Shown here: positions 28,684-37,723 of the stretch, in pieces
Layout of the letters: each line of letters opens with the position of its first letter
How positions within the stretch are numbered: position 1 is the first letter of the stretch
Assembly (NCBI GenBank): GCA_963664115.2
Contig: CAXWPJ010000009.1
Location: forward strand, 32,001-96,000
Origin: Terriglobia bacterium
GTDB lineage: Bacteria; Acidobacteriota; Terriglobia; 20CM-2-55-15
Length of the DNA stretch: 64,000 bases
Direction: 5' to 3'
Program-made: the position numbers and the translations under genes
Notes under the pieces: model-generated
The model's input: only the letters and a program-made list of their open reading frames with translations
What the model was told of the DNA's origin: nothing
Database searches by the model: none

Positions 28684-29270
28684 TATTCCTGTTCTTCGTC
28701 CAACAGCTCTCGGCCAATGTGGTTCAGCCGGGTCAACATCCGCCCATCGAAATGGGTCTTGCTGGTATCCAGAACGAAGTCGCCCCGCTCGAGGGAGGCG
28801 ACCTGTTCGACACTGACAGCAGAATCGATGTGTTCGATTCCGTTCCGGACTCTCTCAAAATCATCGGGGCTGACCTTGACAACAATTTCGTGATGCCCCT
28901 GAAGCCGCTTCAGAGCCAGCGTCACCAATGCGGTGACGACGTCGGGGTCAGTGGAAACTTCCCGTCCCAGGATGCTTTTGGCGATCTCCAGTGAGAGCCT
29001 AACGGTTTCTCTTTCCATCGATTCGACGAGCTTTTTGTGAGAAATCGCCATACCTGCGATGCTTTGGTCGTACTTCTTGACGGCCGTCTCCATCATCTGC
29101 TCGCCCATCTGTTTTCCGATTTGGTTACCTTCCTGATAACCCTTCTCGAAAGCTTCCTTCTCCACCTCCATGACGCGACGTTGGGACACACTCTTCAAAG
29201 CATCACCAAAAGGCGAGCTGACACGGGATTTCTTAACCCGCTCAACGCCGCGAATGATTCTAGACGACAT
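28683..29270 (-). CDS. fliH: Export protein FliH
   Basis: AFEKGYQEG GxxxG repeats; between fliG and fliI. Confidence 0.88.
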   Translation of the reverse strand: MSSRIIRGVERVKKSRVSSPFGDALKSVSQRRVMEVEKEAFEKGYQEGNQIGKQMGEQMMETAVKKYDQSIAGMAISHKKLVESMERETVRLSLEIAKSILGREVSTDPDVVTALVTLALKRLQGHHEIVVKVSPDDFERVRNGIEHIDSAVSVEQVASLERGDFVLDTSKTHFDGRMLTRLNHIGRELLDEEQE

Positions 29271-30255
29271 ATTCCTCTTCGCCTCCGCTGATACCAATTA
29301 CTCCTTCTTCTTCGAGCTGACGGACAACGTCGACTATCTTCTGCTGCGCCGAGTGCACGTCCCGGGTTTTTAGCGGACCCATAATCTCCATCTCTTCCTT
29401 CAACATATCGACGGCACGTTGGGACATGTTCCCGAAGAACTGCTGTTGCAGATCCATCTCGGTTCCCTTCAGAGCTTGCGAAATCGTTTTCTTGTCGATG
29501 CGCTGGAGGATCTCGCGCATCGCAGCGGCGTCGAGACTGGTGAGGTCTTCGAAAATGAACATGAGTTGGCGAATTGAGTTCGCAATGTCAGGCTTGTCGG
29601 CATCGATATTTTCCAGGACCGTCCGGCTCATCCGCCGATCCAGGCGGTTGAACATCTCGGCGACAGCACGGACGCCTCCCAAACCCTCTCCCGCACCGAA
29701 ATTGCCAACCGGTTTGAGCTTTTCTTCGAGAACCGTCGCGATAGAACTAATGATATCGGGAGAAATCTCCTCGATATTGGCCATACGCACTGCGGCCTCA
29801 CATTGAATTTCGTCTGGAAGCGACGCAAGCAGTTCAGCACCCCTGCGGGGTGTAAGATGCGCCAGTATCAGTGCGATCGTCTGTGGGTGTTCATGCTGAA
29901 TGAACTGAGACAGCTGTAAGGGATTAATCTTATCGATGGCCTGGAACGCGTTTTGGCTGGCATAACCGGATGAAAGCCGGTCGATGATGCGCTTCGCCGA
30001 ACCCGCTCCCAGAGCCTTGGAGATGACCTTCCGTGCATAGTCGACTCCGCCCTCCGATACGAAGCGGTTGGCCACTAGCAATTGGTAGAATTCTTCCGCG
30101 TATTGCTCGGCTTTCTCCGCCCCAATGGGGCCAATTTTAGATATTTCCTGGGACAGTTGTTCTATTTCGCCCTCGTCAAGGAACTTCATGATGCCGGACG
30201 CCACCTCTTCGCCTAACAGAACGAACATTGCTGCAGCTTTTGATGCGTCGCTCAT
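29260..30255 (-). CDS. fliG: Motor switch protein FliG
   Basis: GGVDYA, EHPQTIALIL, MFIFEDL, NMSQRA. Confidence 0.97.
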   Translation of the reverse strand: MSDASKAAAMFVLLGEEVASGIMKFLDEGEIEQLSQEISKIGPIGAEKAEQYAEEFYQLLVANRFVSEGGVDYARKVISKALGAGSAKRIIDRLSSGYASQNAFQAIDKINPLQLSQFIQHEHPQTIALILAHLTPRRGAELLASLPDEIQCEAAVRMANIEEISPDIISSIATVLEEKLKPVGNFGAGEGLGGVRAVAEMFNRLDRRMSRTVLENIDADKPDIANSIRQLMFIFEDLTSLDAAAMREILQRIDKKTISQALKGTEMDLQQQFFGNMSQRAVDMLKEEMEIMGPLKTRDVHSAQQKIVDVVRQLEEEGVIGISGGEEEYVV

Positions 30256-32003
30256 CGATTTTCTTCGTTAAGCCACATACGCACTAGGCGGGCGATGGTT
30301 TCAGGTTCGCGCTTCGCGTGCTCGACGATACGAGATCGAATCATGTCCACTTTTTTGGACGACGGTAGCGGCAGTAATTGGGGATCGTCAGCCTCATCGG
30401 CCTCTACGGGCTTGGCTGCAGAAACCGTGCCGGACTGCTGTCCTGGCAAGGCCGGCAGTGGTTGAGCCGTCAGCTGCTGTTCGAGTTGACCGACCGAAAC
30501 CGGGGCCTGGATTCCGTCCATCGTCACGGGCGACGCCCCAATCTGGCCGGGCGCCGCAAATTCTCCCGCAGTCAGCTGCGGTCGGAATTGCGGTTGCCAT
30601 TTCGCGAATATCGTCTTTTGCAAGGGTCTGAGGAAAAGCAGGTACGCGAACAAAAACACGATCGAAATGATCAGATAGCGCAATCCCATCAGAATCGCTG
30701 GCGCTCCCCTCTCAAGCAATGTTGGTAGTTCCAGCAGGGGGAGCAACTCCTTACCGAAAGAGACGTTCTCTACGATCAGGGTGTCACCTCGTTCAGGAGT
30801 GAAACCGACAGTGGCCGCAACCAGATCTGTGTATTTGGTCATGTCCTGGGGAGTCCATGAAACCAATACGGAAGTGGCCACACCCTCTTCGTCCACGGTG
30901 GTCTCGACCCTGTCGTCGATGATGACGGCAACAGACATCCGCTCGATCTCTCCGGTGGGATTGACGACGTGCCGCACCGTTTTCGAGACCTCGAAGTTGA
31001 CAACCTCATCTTCAGTAAGGAAACCTCCGGATTCCTGAGCCGGAAGTAATTCAACAAGAGGATCCAGAGCTTCACCCTGCGGTCCCGGAATGCCAATCGC
31101 CCGATCTTGATTGCCCGGCCCGCGCTCAGTCCGCCGCTGCTGCGAGCGAATGACCGATGCAGTTGGATCGTATTGTTCGATGGTCTCCTCGACCTCTTGC
31201 CAGTCCATCACGAGGGAAACCTGTGGGCGTACTTTCCCGACACCAACGACGGGTTCAAGAATCTGCGTAATCTTGTTGGCCAGATCCATCTCCGCACCGG
31301 CCCGCGTATCCAGTTGGCGTCCGGAGGCGGGCCCACCCTCGTCATTCCGCGACAACATTCGACCGGAATAGTCGATGACCGTAATGTTGGAAGCCTCAAG
31401 CCCCTTAACTGAACTTGCGACCAGGTGCACAATGCCTTCGACGGCCGCTTCGCCCAGGGAATTCCCTCGACTCAAACGAAGGATGATCGACGCCTTGGTC
31501 TGGTCCTCGGCCGACTGAAACAGCGACTTTGAGGGCAGGACCAGATGGACTCGGGCGACATCCACTTCCGTAAGCGTGGCAATGCTGCGAGCAAGTTCTC
31601 CTTCCAGCGCCCGCTGGTAGTTGACCTGTTCCTGAAAATTCGTCAGACCGAAGCTGGTACGGTCGAATATCTCGAATCCGATGCGTCCCGAAGAGGGAAG
31701 GCCCTCGCCCGCCAGTTGTATCCGGGCCGCAGAAATTTGGGATCCCGAGACCCGAACGGTTGTGCCGTCATCGGACACCTGATAATCGATCGACATCCCC
31801 TGCAGACGTTCGACAACGCCCTGGGTGTCGGCAGGATCCAAGCCCGAATAAAGCACCTGGTAATCTACCTGGTTGACGAAAAACACGAGGGCCCACAACA
31901 AGACAACAGACAGTGCCCCAGATCCGACAATTGCCATCTTTTGAGACAAGGAATAGGAGGCAAACCACTCTTTCAGTTGATCGATATTTGACGGTACAGC
32001 CAT
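30252..32003 (-). CDS. fliF: MS-ring protein FliF
   Basis: GFEIFD...FGLTNF...RALEGELARSI, ARVHLVLP, C-terminal LVRMWL. Confidence 0.97.
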   Translation of the reverse strand: MAVPSNIDQLKEWFASYSLSQKMAIVGSGALSVVLLWALVFFVNQVDYQVLYSGLDPADTQGVVERLQGMSIDYQVSDDGTTVRVSGSQISAARIQLAGEGLPSSGRIGFEIFDRTSFGLTNFQEQVNYQRALEGELARSIATLTEVDVARVHLVLPSKSLFQSAEDQTKASIILRLSRGNSLGEAAVEGIVHLVASSVKGLEASNITVIDYSGRMLSRNDEGGPASGRQLDTRAGAEMDLANKITQILEPVVGVGKVRPQVSLVMDWQEVEETIEQYDPTASVIRSQQRRTERGPGNQDRAIGIPGPQGEALDPLVELLPAQESGGFLTEDEVVNFEVSKTVRHVVNPTGEIERMSVAVIIDDRVETTVDEEGVATSVLVSWTPQDMTKYTDLVAATVGFTPERGDTLIVENVSFGKELLPLLELPTLLERGAPAILMGLRYLIISIVFLFAYLLFLRPLQKTIFAKWQPQFRPQLTAGEFAAPGQIGASPVTMDGIQAPVSVGQLEQQLTAQPLPALPGQQSGTVSAAKPVEADEADDPQLLPLPSSKKVDMIRSRIVEHAKREPETIARLVRMWLNEENR

Positions 32004-32044
32004 AGTTTTTAGAGTTAGAAGTCGCTAGAAAATGGGATGGTCGA

Positions 32045-32335
32045 TTAAACCTGAGCGCGCATGATCTCCTGGTATGCCTGGACGATCTTGTTGCGGACCT
32101 GCATCATGACCTGGAACGACAGGTCAGCCTTTTCGAGAGCGATCATGACCGAATGCAGGTCAGCTTCGTTGTTCAGAAACTTCTGCATTTCTTCGTTGGA
32201 ACCCTTCTCGAGATCGTTGACTTGAGTGACAGCATCTTTGAGGAGTTTCTTAAAGCCTGAATCCGACTTCGCTTGGGTCGGAGCCGGCCCCTGGATGGTT
32301 TTTTGCAGGTCGTTATAAAGTGCGAAATCACTCAT
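32045..32335 (-). CDS. fliE: Hook-basal body protein FliE
   Basis: LHSVMIALEKADLSFQVMMQVRNKIVQAYQEIMR. Confidence 0.96.
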   Translation of the reverse strand: MSDFALYNDLQKTIQGPAPTQAKSDSGFKKLLKDAVTQVNDLEKGSNEEMQKFLNNEADLHSVMIALEKADLSFQVMMQVRNKIVQAYQEIMRAQV

Positions 32336-32763
32336 CGGCCAAGATCCAGAGTGCGCTGAATCATGGTCTTAAGAACGCTTATTGCAGCAATATTCGCCTG
32401 GTAACTTCGAGCGGCGCCCGCAAGGTTTGCCATTTCCTGCATCGAATTCACATTGGGATAGGAAACATATCCATCCTCATTCGCATCCGGATGCCCCGGT
32501 TCATAACTCTCTACGAAGGGCGTGGGATCGTCGATCACCGCAACAACTTCGACGCCACGGGGCGACCAACCGTTAGCCCTCGTCTGTTCCAGAGTCTCGG
32601 CAAACCGGGTCGCCTGGAACACGACATCCTGCCTCCGATAAGGACCCCCTTCGGCGGTTCGCGTCGTTCGAGCGTTTGCCAGGTTGCTCGTCGACACCTC
32701 GACACGCTGTCGCTGTGCTTTCATTCCGGTTGCGTTGATATCAATAGCCGTAAGTAAACTCAT
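32332..32763 (-). CDS. flgC: Rod protein FlgC
   Basis: NLANARTTRT...GGPYRR, PGHPDA...GYVSYPNVN, RSYQAN. Confidence 0.97.
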   Translation of the reverse strand: MSLLTAIDINATGMKAQRQRVEVSTSNLANARTTRTAEGGPYRRQDVVFQATRFAETLEQTRANGWSPRGVEVVAVIDDPTPFVESYEPGHPDANEDGYVSYPNVNSMQEMANLAGAARSYQANIAAISVLKTMIQRTLDLGR

Positions 32764-33134
32764 GCTCCTCCTTCGGAAATGCTGTATCGAAGTGTCCGGA
32801 GCTTGTTCTGAAGAAACTGCATCAGGGTAATGAACTCCAAACCGTTCTTCGTGACTTCAATGAGTTCCCGATCCAGATCGACGCTGTTGCCGTTCGGCTT
32901 GACATCGGTATCGACTTTGAACGTCTGGATATTGCTGTTTACCGCGAGCGGACTGATATGCCTTCCAGAGGTTCCAACGACAGAGAGCAACTGCATCTGT
33001 TCGTTGAACCTCAGGTCCTGGGCGCGGTAGCCGGGAGTGTCGACATTGGCGATGTTGGCCGAGAGCATTTCCTGCCTTCGGCTCGCGACGGTCAACCGGT
33101 TCTCGACGAAATTCAATAAGCTGCTTTCGATCAT
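32760..33134 (-). CDS. flgB: Rod protein FlgB
   Basis: RQEMLSANIANVDTPGYRAQD, NGNSVDLDRE. Confidence 0.96.
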   Translation of the reverse strand: MIESSLLNFVENRLTVASRRQEMLSANIANVDTPGYRAQDLRFNEQMQLLSVVGTSGRHISPLAVNSNIQTFKVDTDVKPNGNSVDLDRELIEVTKNGLEFITLMQFLQNKLRTLRYSISEGGA

Positions 33135-34444
33135 GCTGTCACTTTCTCAACTCGATAATCTCGTAACTTGTTTCGCAATGTACGCAGCGAAATTCCCAGC
33201 ATCTTGGCGGCGTGTGTCCGGTTGCCGCTGGTCTCTTCGAGCGTTGCCAGGATCAACTTTCGTTCCATTTCACTGACGGAGTATCCGGCCTGGAGTTCCC
33301 GGTTGTCCGCCGATTCAACTCTCTGGTCAAACAGGTCGGCGGGCGTGATCTTGAGCCGCCCTCGCAGCGCGAAAGCACGGTGGATCACGTTTTGCAGTTC
33401 ACGAACATTCCCGGGCCACCCATAGCTTCCGAGGAGCCGCAACGCTTCCTCTCCGACCTCGATGTTGTCGCCGGCGCCGTACTTGTTGGCAAAATACCGG
33501 GTCAGTATGGGGATGTCGTCCTTACGTTCCCTCAAAGGAGGGATTCGAAGGGGCACGACATTGAGCCGGAAGAACAGGTCCTCGCGGAACTGGCCGCGGC
33601 TGATCAATTTTCGCAAGTCCTTGTTGGTCGTCGCAATCACGCGAATGTTAATAGGAACCGGCATCTTGCCGCCGACCCGGTCGACTTCCTGCTCCTGCAA
33701 CACGCGCAGCAACTTGGCCTGCAAAAGCGGGGCCATCTCGCCGATTTCGTCGAGCAGAATCGTCCCGTTCTGTGCCAACTCAAACTTTCCGGGCTTGAAC
33801 GCGTTCGCTCCGGTGAAAGCGCCCTTCTCGTAGCCGAACAGTTCCGATTCCAGCAAGCTATCGGGCAACGCGGCGCAATTGACAGCGACAAACGGGCCCT
33901 TATTTCGAGGACTGCTATCGTGAACCCAGCGGGCGAGGAGTTCTTTTCCGGTGCCACTCTCCGCCTGCACGAGGACGGTCGCATCAGTCCGGGCTGCCTG
34001 GGTTGCCTGTTCGAGCAGCGCCCGCATTGCCAGATTTTCGGTGACGATCTCATTCGTTGCGGTCGCCCTACGGACGCTTGTCTCCTTGGGCAGCCTCTCA
34101 AGAACGGCATCCAGTGCTTCTTGTGAGAAGGGCTTCACCAGGAAGTCAGTCGCACCGTTGCGGATCGCTTGAACTGCCGTGGGCACGGTTCCATAGGCGG
34201 AAAGCAGGATGACCGGCAAGTTGGGCTCCGTTCGGCGGACATGCTCCAACAGCTCCAGACCGTCCATCGCCGGCATGCGAAGGTCGGTGATGATCGCTCG
34301 GGGACTGAAAGTCTTAAGTTTTGAAACGGCATCGATTCCGTTTGTAGCCGTTTGCACCTTATGGCCTCGGCTCCTCAACGCCGCCTCGAGCGCGGACAAC
34401 ATCTGAATGTCATCATCGACTACTAACAACCGGCTCACACGCAA
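33131..34444 (-). CDS. sigma54-dependent response regulator (FleR/FlrC-like)
   Basis: REC (TDLRMP), ESGTGKE, GAFTGA, HTH GNRTHAAKMLGISLRTLRNKL. Confidence 0.93.
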   Translation of the reverse strand: MRVSRLLVVDDDIQMLSALEAALRSRGHKVQTATNGIDAVSKLKTFSPRAIITDLRMPAMDGLELLEHVRRTEPNLPVILLSAYGTVPTAVQAIRNGATDFLVKPFSQEALDAVLERLPKETSVRRATATNEIVTENLAMRALLEQATQAARTDATVLVQAESGTGKELLARWVHDSSPRNKGPFVAVNCAALPDSLLESELFGYEKGAFTGANAFKPGKFELAQNGTILLDEIGEMAPLLQAKLLRVLQEQEVDRVGGKMPVPINIRVIATTNKDLRKLISRGQFREDLFFRLNVVPLRIPPLRERKDDIPILTRYFANKYGAGDNIEVGEEALRLLGSYGWPGNVRELQNVIHRAFALRGRLKITPADLFDQRVESADNRELQAGYSVSEMERKLILATLEETSGNRTHAAKMLGISLRTLRNKLRDYRVEKVTA

Positions 34445-35295
34445 CCTCCTGCTTGAACAAACACTTCAGTCTTCGAATCCGTCGGGTCCACCTCGCAGGA
34501 AACCGTATCCAGTCGAATTTCGAACCGGGTCCCGGCATCAGACGACTCAACGCAAATGGTGCCGCCATGGCTCTCCACAATCCGCTTCACGATGTGCAGG
34601 CCCAAGCCGCAACCATCTTTGCTGGTGGAAAACATGGGATCGAAGATTCGCGACATGGTCTCGGCATCCATACCGGGGCCGTCATCTTCAACGATTAATC
34701 GAACTTCGTTTTCGAGCGTTTCACCTGTCAGGTGCACAGTCCCGCCAGTCGAAATCTCGCGTAACGCGTTGAGCACCAAATTCAACAGCATCCGATGCAA
34801 GAGCCCGAAATCTCCCACGCCAACACAACCGTCGGATACGCTATAGGAAATTTGAATACCCTTCTGCTCGGCGATCGGACGCAGAAAAGATTGCACACCT
34901 TCGAGCAAATCTCCGATCGCGACCTCTTCCAACTGTGGCTGAATCGGCTGACCAAATTCGAGGATGTTCGTCACCGAGTGATTGAGTAAGCGGACGCTAC
35001 GAACGATCTGGTCGGCGTAAGGGCCATCGATCATGGATGCGTAGAGCTCGATACTACCCAGAGGATTCCGAATCTCGTGGGCCAGTTCCATGGCCATCTC
35101 ACCCATCGCGGCCATACGCTCAAGTTGGATGCGTTGTTCCCGCTCCCGTTCCAACTCGGACGACAGTTCGCCGACGCGATCTTGAAGTTGGCGATAGGAA
35201 CGCTCTAAAGACTCGGAGGTCAGCTGAAACTTAGAGATCAGGCCCTCGAAGCCCTTCAGTTGCGCATCAGACGCTCGACGCTCTAAGTTCGTCAT
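34435..35295 (-). CDS. Cytoplasmic histidine kinase (FleS/FlrB-like, no sensor domain)
   Basis: AHEIRNPL, NLVLNA, DDGPG, GCGLGL. Confidence 0.92.
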   Translation of the reverse strand: MTNLERRASDAQLKGFEGLISKFQLTSESLERSYRQLQDRVGELSSELEREREQRIQLERMAAMGEMAMELAHEIRNPLGSIELYASMIDGPYADQIVRSVRLLNHSVTNILEFGQPIQPQLEEVAIGDLLEGVQSFLRPIAEQKGIQISYSVSDGCVGVGDFGLLHRMLLNLVLNALREISTGGTVHLTGETLENEVRLIVEDDGPGMDAETMSRIFDPMFSTSKDGCGLGLHIVKRIVESHGGTICVESSDAGTRFEIRLDTVSCEVDPTDSKTEVFVQAGGCV

Positions 35296-35307
35296 GCGGT
35301 CGAATCA

Positions 35308-35323
35308 TGCAGATTGCGTGCCA
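35308..35323 (-). promoter_or_regulatory. sigma54 promoter of the kinase-regulator-flgB operon
   Basis: TGGCAC-gcaat-CTGCA. Confidence 0.75.
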
Positions 35324-35516
35324 AGAGCCGGATCGGATCCCGGGGCAGAGATCCGATGCCGTCCCTCGCCTAAGCAGGTCATATGGTTGGCGGCAGAATT
35401 TTCCTAGTGGTGGGCAATCTCGATACCCCCGTCAGGAGAGACCGGACGTCAGAGATCTGACATAGCCGGGGAAGGAATGTGACAACAATTTGACAAGCCA
35501 AAAAACCGACAGTGCG

Positions 35517-36074
35517 TCAAATGTCTAACGGTGTCAACGGGTTGTCGCGCTTGTCAAGATTGGCAACCAGACTGCTCAATAAAGATTCGATCGCATCCAG
35601 TCGGGAGTCGACGGAGCGAGTCTGCTCTGAGAGCAGGGACAGTTTTCGATTCAACCTCTGATTTTCGGCAGCGAGGCGTTGATGCTCGATAATTCGATTG
35701 ACGACAATCTCGATCTCGAGGAGCTCAAACGGCTTGGCAAGGTAATCGAAAGCGCCGCAACGAATGGACTCGATTGCGGTTTTCAAGGACGAATAACCCG
35801 TCATGACGACAACGTGAACCAGGGGATTGTGACTACGGGCGGCGCTCAACACGTCCATGCCATCAACCCCTGGCATCACGAGATCGGTGAGAACGATGTC
35901 GAACTGTTCCTTTTCGGAGGACAACATTGCGACGGCGTCGGCACCGGAGCGAAGCGAAACGACGTTGAAGCCCCGCCGTTCGAAGTAGTCGTCCAGAATC
36001 ATCCGGAGATCGCTATCGTCATCGACGATCATCATTCGGGTGTTGGCAGCCGAGAATTCGTTTACGGAATGCAT
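35517..36074 (-). CDS. Response regulator (REC plus coiled coil)
   Basis: IVDDD, TDLVMPGVDG, GAFDYLAKPF; C-terminal heptads; start uncertain. Confidence 0.88.
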   Translation of the reverse strand: MHSVNEFSAANTRMMIVDDDSDLRMILDDYFERRGFNVVSLRSGADAVAMLSSEKEQFDIVLTDLVMPGVDGMDVLSAARSHNPLVHVVVMTGYSSLKTAIESIRCGAFDYLAKPFELLEIEIVVNRIIEHQRLAAENQRLNRKLSLLSEQTRSVDSRLDAIESLLSSLVANLDKRDNPLTPLDI

Positions 36075-36100
36075 ACATCTCTTTCTTTCGGCATTTCGAG

Positions 36101-36130
36101 TTGAAACTTTAAGTCCAGGGCCATTATAAT
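36101..36130 (+). promoter_or_regulatory. sigma70 promoter of the candidate master bEBP
   Basis: TTGAAA-N18-TATAAT. Confidence 0.65.
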
Positions 36131-36164
36131 GAGCCAATTATTTGACGCAGGAGGCGAAACAGCA

Positions 36165-37568
36165 ATGGAAGCATTACAGAATCAGATACTTGTGGTGGAT
36201 GACGAAGCGGAGCTTCGGCAGGCCATCGTCGAAATATTGACTCACGATGGCTTTGACGTCGACTCTGCCGGGTCGGCGGAGGAAGCCAGCGAGAAGATTT
36301 CCCAAACGCCTTACGACGTTCTGGTCACCGACCTGATGTTGCCGGGCAAGAACGGCGTGGAGCTTCTCGAAGAGACACTGGCCAAATATCCTGAGACCGT
36401 GGGCATTGTCATTACGGGTCACGCTTCGATCAACACCGCCGTGGAGGCGATACAGAAAGGAGCCTACGACTACCTGACCAAACCGTTCAAGCTCATCGAA
36501 CTACCGCCTCGCGTCCGTAAGGGCCTCAATCAGAGGAATTTACGCTTCGAGAACCAGTATCTCCGCACCCAGCTCGAGGACCGGTACTCCTTTGACAACA
36601 TTGTCGGCTCTGGTCGTTCCATGAAGCAGATTTTCGAACTGGTTGGTACGGTTGCCGCTCTGAACACGACGGTTCTCATACAGGGTGAAACGGGAACGGG
36701 GAAAGAACTCATAGCGAAGGCCATTCACTTCAACAGCCCTCGCCGGAACCATAAGCTGGTCAGCATCAATTGCGGTGCCATTCCCGAGCACCTATTGGAA
36801 ACGGAGTTGTTCGGCCACGTTAAAGGTGCCTTTACCGGAGCGATTCAGAACCGTGTCGGCCGGTTTGAGCAGGCCGATGGCGGCACACTGTTCCTGGACG
36901 AAATCGGCAACATGCCCCAAACATTACAGGTAAAGCTGTTGCGCGTGCTTCAGGAACGCGAATTCGAACGTGTCGGTGGTAACTCGACCGTAAAGATCGA
37001 CGTGCGCATCGTTACGGCGACCAGCGCTAACCTTGTGGAAATGGTCCGCGAAGGTACCTTCAGAGAAGACCTCTACTACCGCTTGAACGTCATACCGGTG
37101 AATCTACCTCCGTTGCGGGACCGCAGAGAAGACATCCCGATCCTGCTGCAGCGCTTCGTACGACAGTTCACCGAAACACACGGACTCGAAGCGAAGACCG
37201 TAGCCCCGGAAGTCGTCAAAGCACTGATGAACTACAATTGGCCCGGCAACATCCGGCAGCTGGAGAACATCATTGAACGGATGGTGGCACTGACCAGTGG
37301 ACGTACGACCATCGTTGGGGAAGATCTGCCACCAGAAATTCTGAACCGCTCCGATGCCCATCTACCGCCGGTCATCGAAATTCCCGACGAAGGCATCAAT
37401 TTCCAGAGTGTCGTTTCCGGGATGGAACGGGAATTGATTCTCCAGAGCCTCCGCAAGAGCGGCGGCAACAAGAAACTGGCCGCGCAATTGTTGAACCTCA
37501 AGCGGACGACTCTGATCGAGAAGATCAAGAGAATCGGGCTGGACCGGAAAGTCGCTGTCCCCGCATAA
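36165..37568 (+). CDS. sigma54-dependent response regulator, candidate flagellar master regulator (FleQ/FlrA-like)
   Basis: REC (TDLMLP), [31 protein letters not shown]; AGGAGG before ATG 36165. Confidence 0.92.
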   Translation: MEALQNQILVVDDEAELRQAIVEILTHDGFDVDSAGSAEEASEKISQTPYDVLVTDLMLPGKNGVELLEETLAKYPETVGIVITGHASINTAVEAIQKGAYDYLTKPFKLIELPPRVRKGLNQRNLRFENQYLRTQLEDRYSFDNIVGSGRSMKQIFELVGTVAALNTTVLIQGETGTGKELIAKAIHFNSPRRNHKLVSINCGAIPEHLLETELFGHVKGAFTGAIQNRVGRFEQADGGTLFLDEIGNMPQTLQVKLLRVLQEREFERVGGNSTVKIDVRIVTATSANLVEMVREGTFREDLYYRLNVIPVNLPPLRDRREDIPILLQRFVRQFTETHGLEAKTVAPEVVKALMNYNWPGNIRQLENIIERMVALTSGRTTIVGEDLPPEILNRSDAHLPPVIEIPDEGINFQSVVSGMERELILQSLRKSGGNKKLAAQLLNLKRTTLIEKIKRIGLDRKVAVPA

Positions 37569-37580
37569 GAGGGAAAACTC

Positions 37581-37660
37581 ACCGCAAAGGCGCAAAGACG
37601 CAAAGAATCTCGACGATCGGAGATAATTGATTTTTCTTTGCGCCTTCGCGTCTTTGCGGT
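37581..37660. repeat. REP-like inverted pair (same family as 24554-24724)
   Basis: ACCGCAAAGGCGCAAAGACGCAAAG ... CTTTGCGCCTTCGCGTCTTTGCGGT. Confidence 0.8.
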
Positions 37661-37688
37661 TAAGAACTCGTTTCTCCGCCCTCCCCCT

Positions 37689-37716
37689 TAAGGTTTAGTC
37701 GAAAAACACCCGATAC
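37689..37716 (+). promoter_or_regulatory. Candidate sigma28 promoter of the HD-GYP gene
   Basis: TAAG-N16-CCCGATAC. Confidence 0.55.
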
Positions 37717-37723
37717 AGCCGAT

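Noticed and set aside
27319-28893. 524-aa plus-strand ORF
   Set aside because: Antisense to the conserved fliI and fliH
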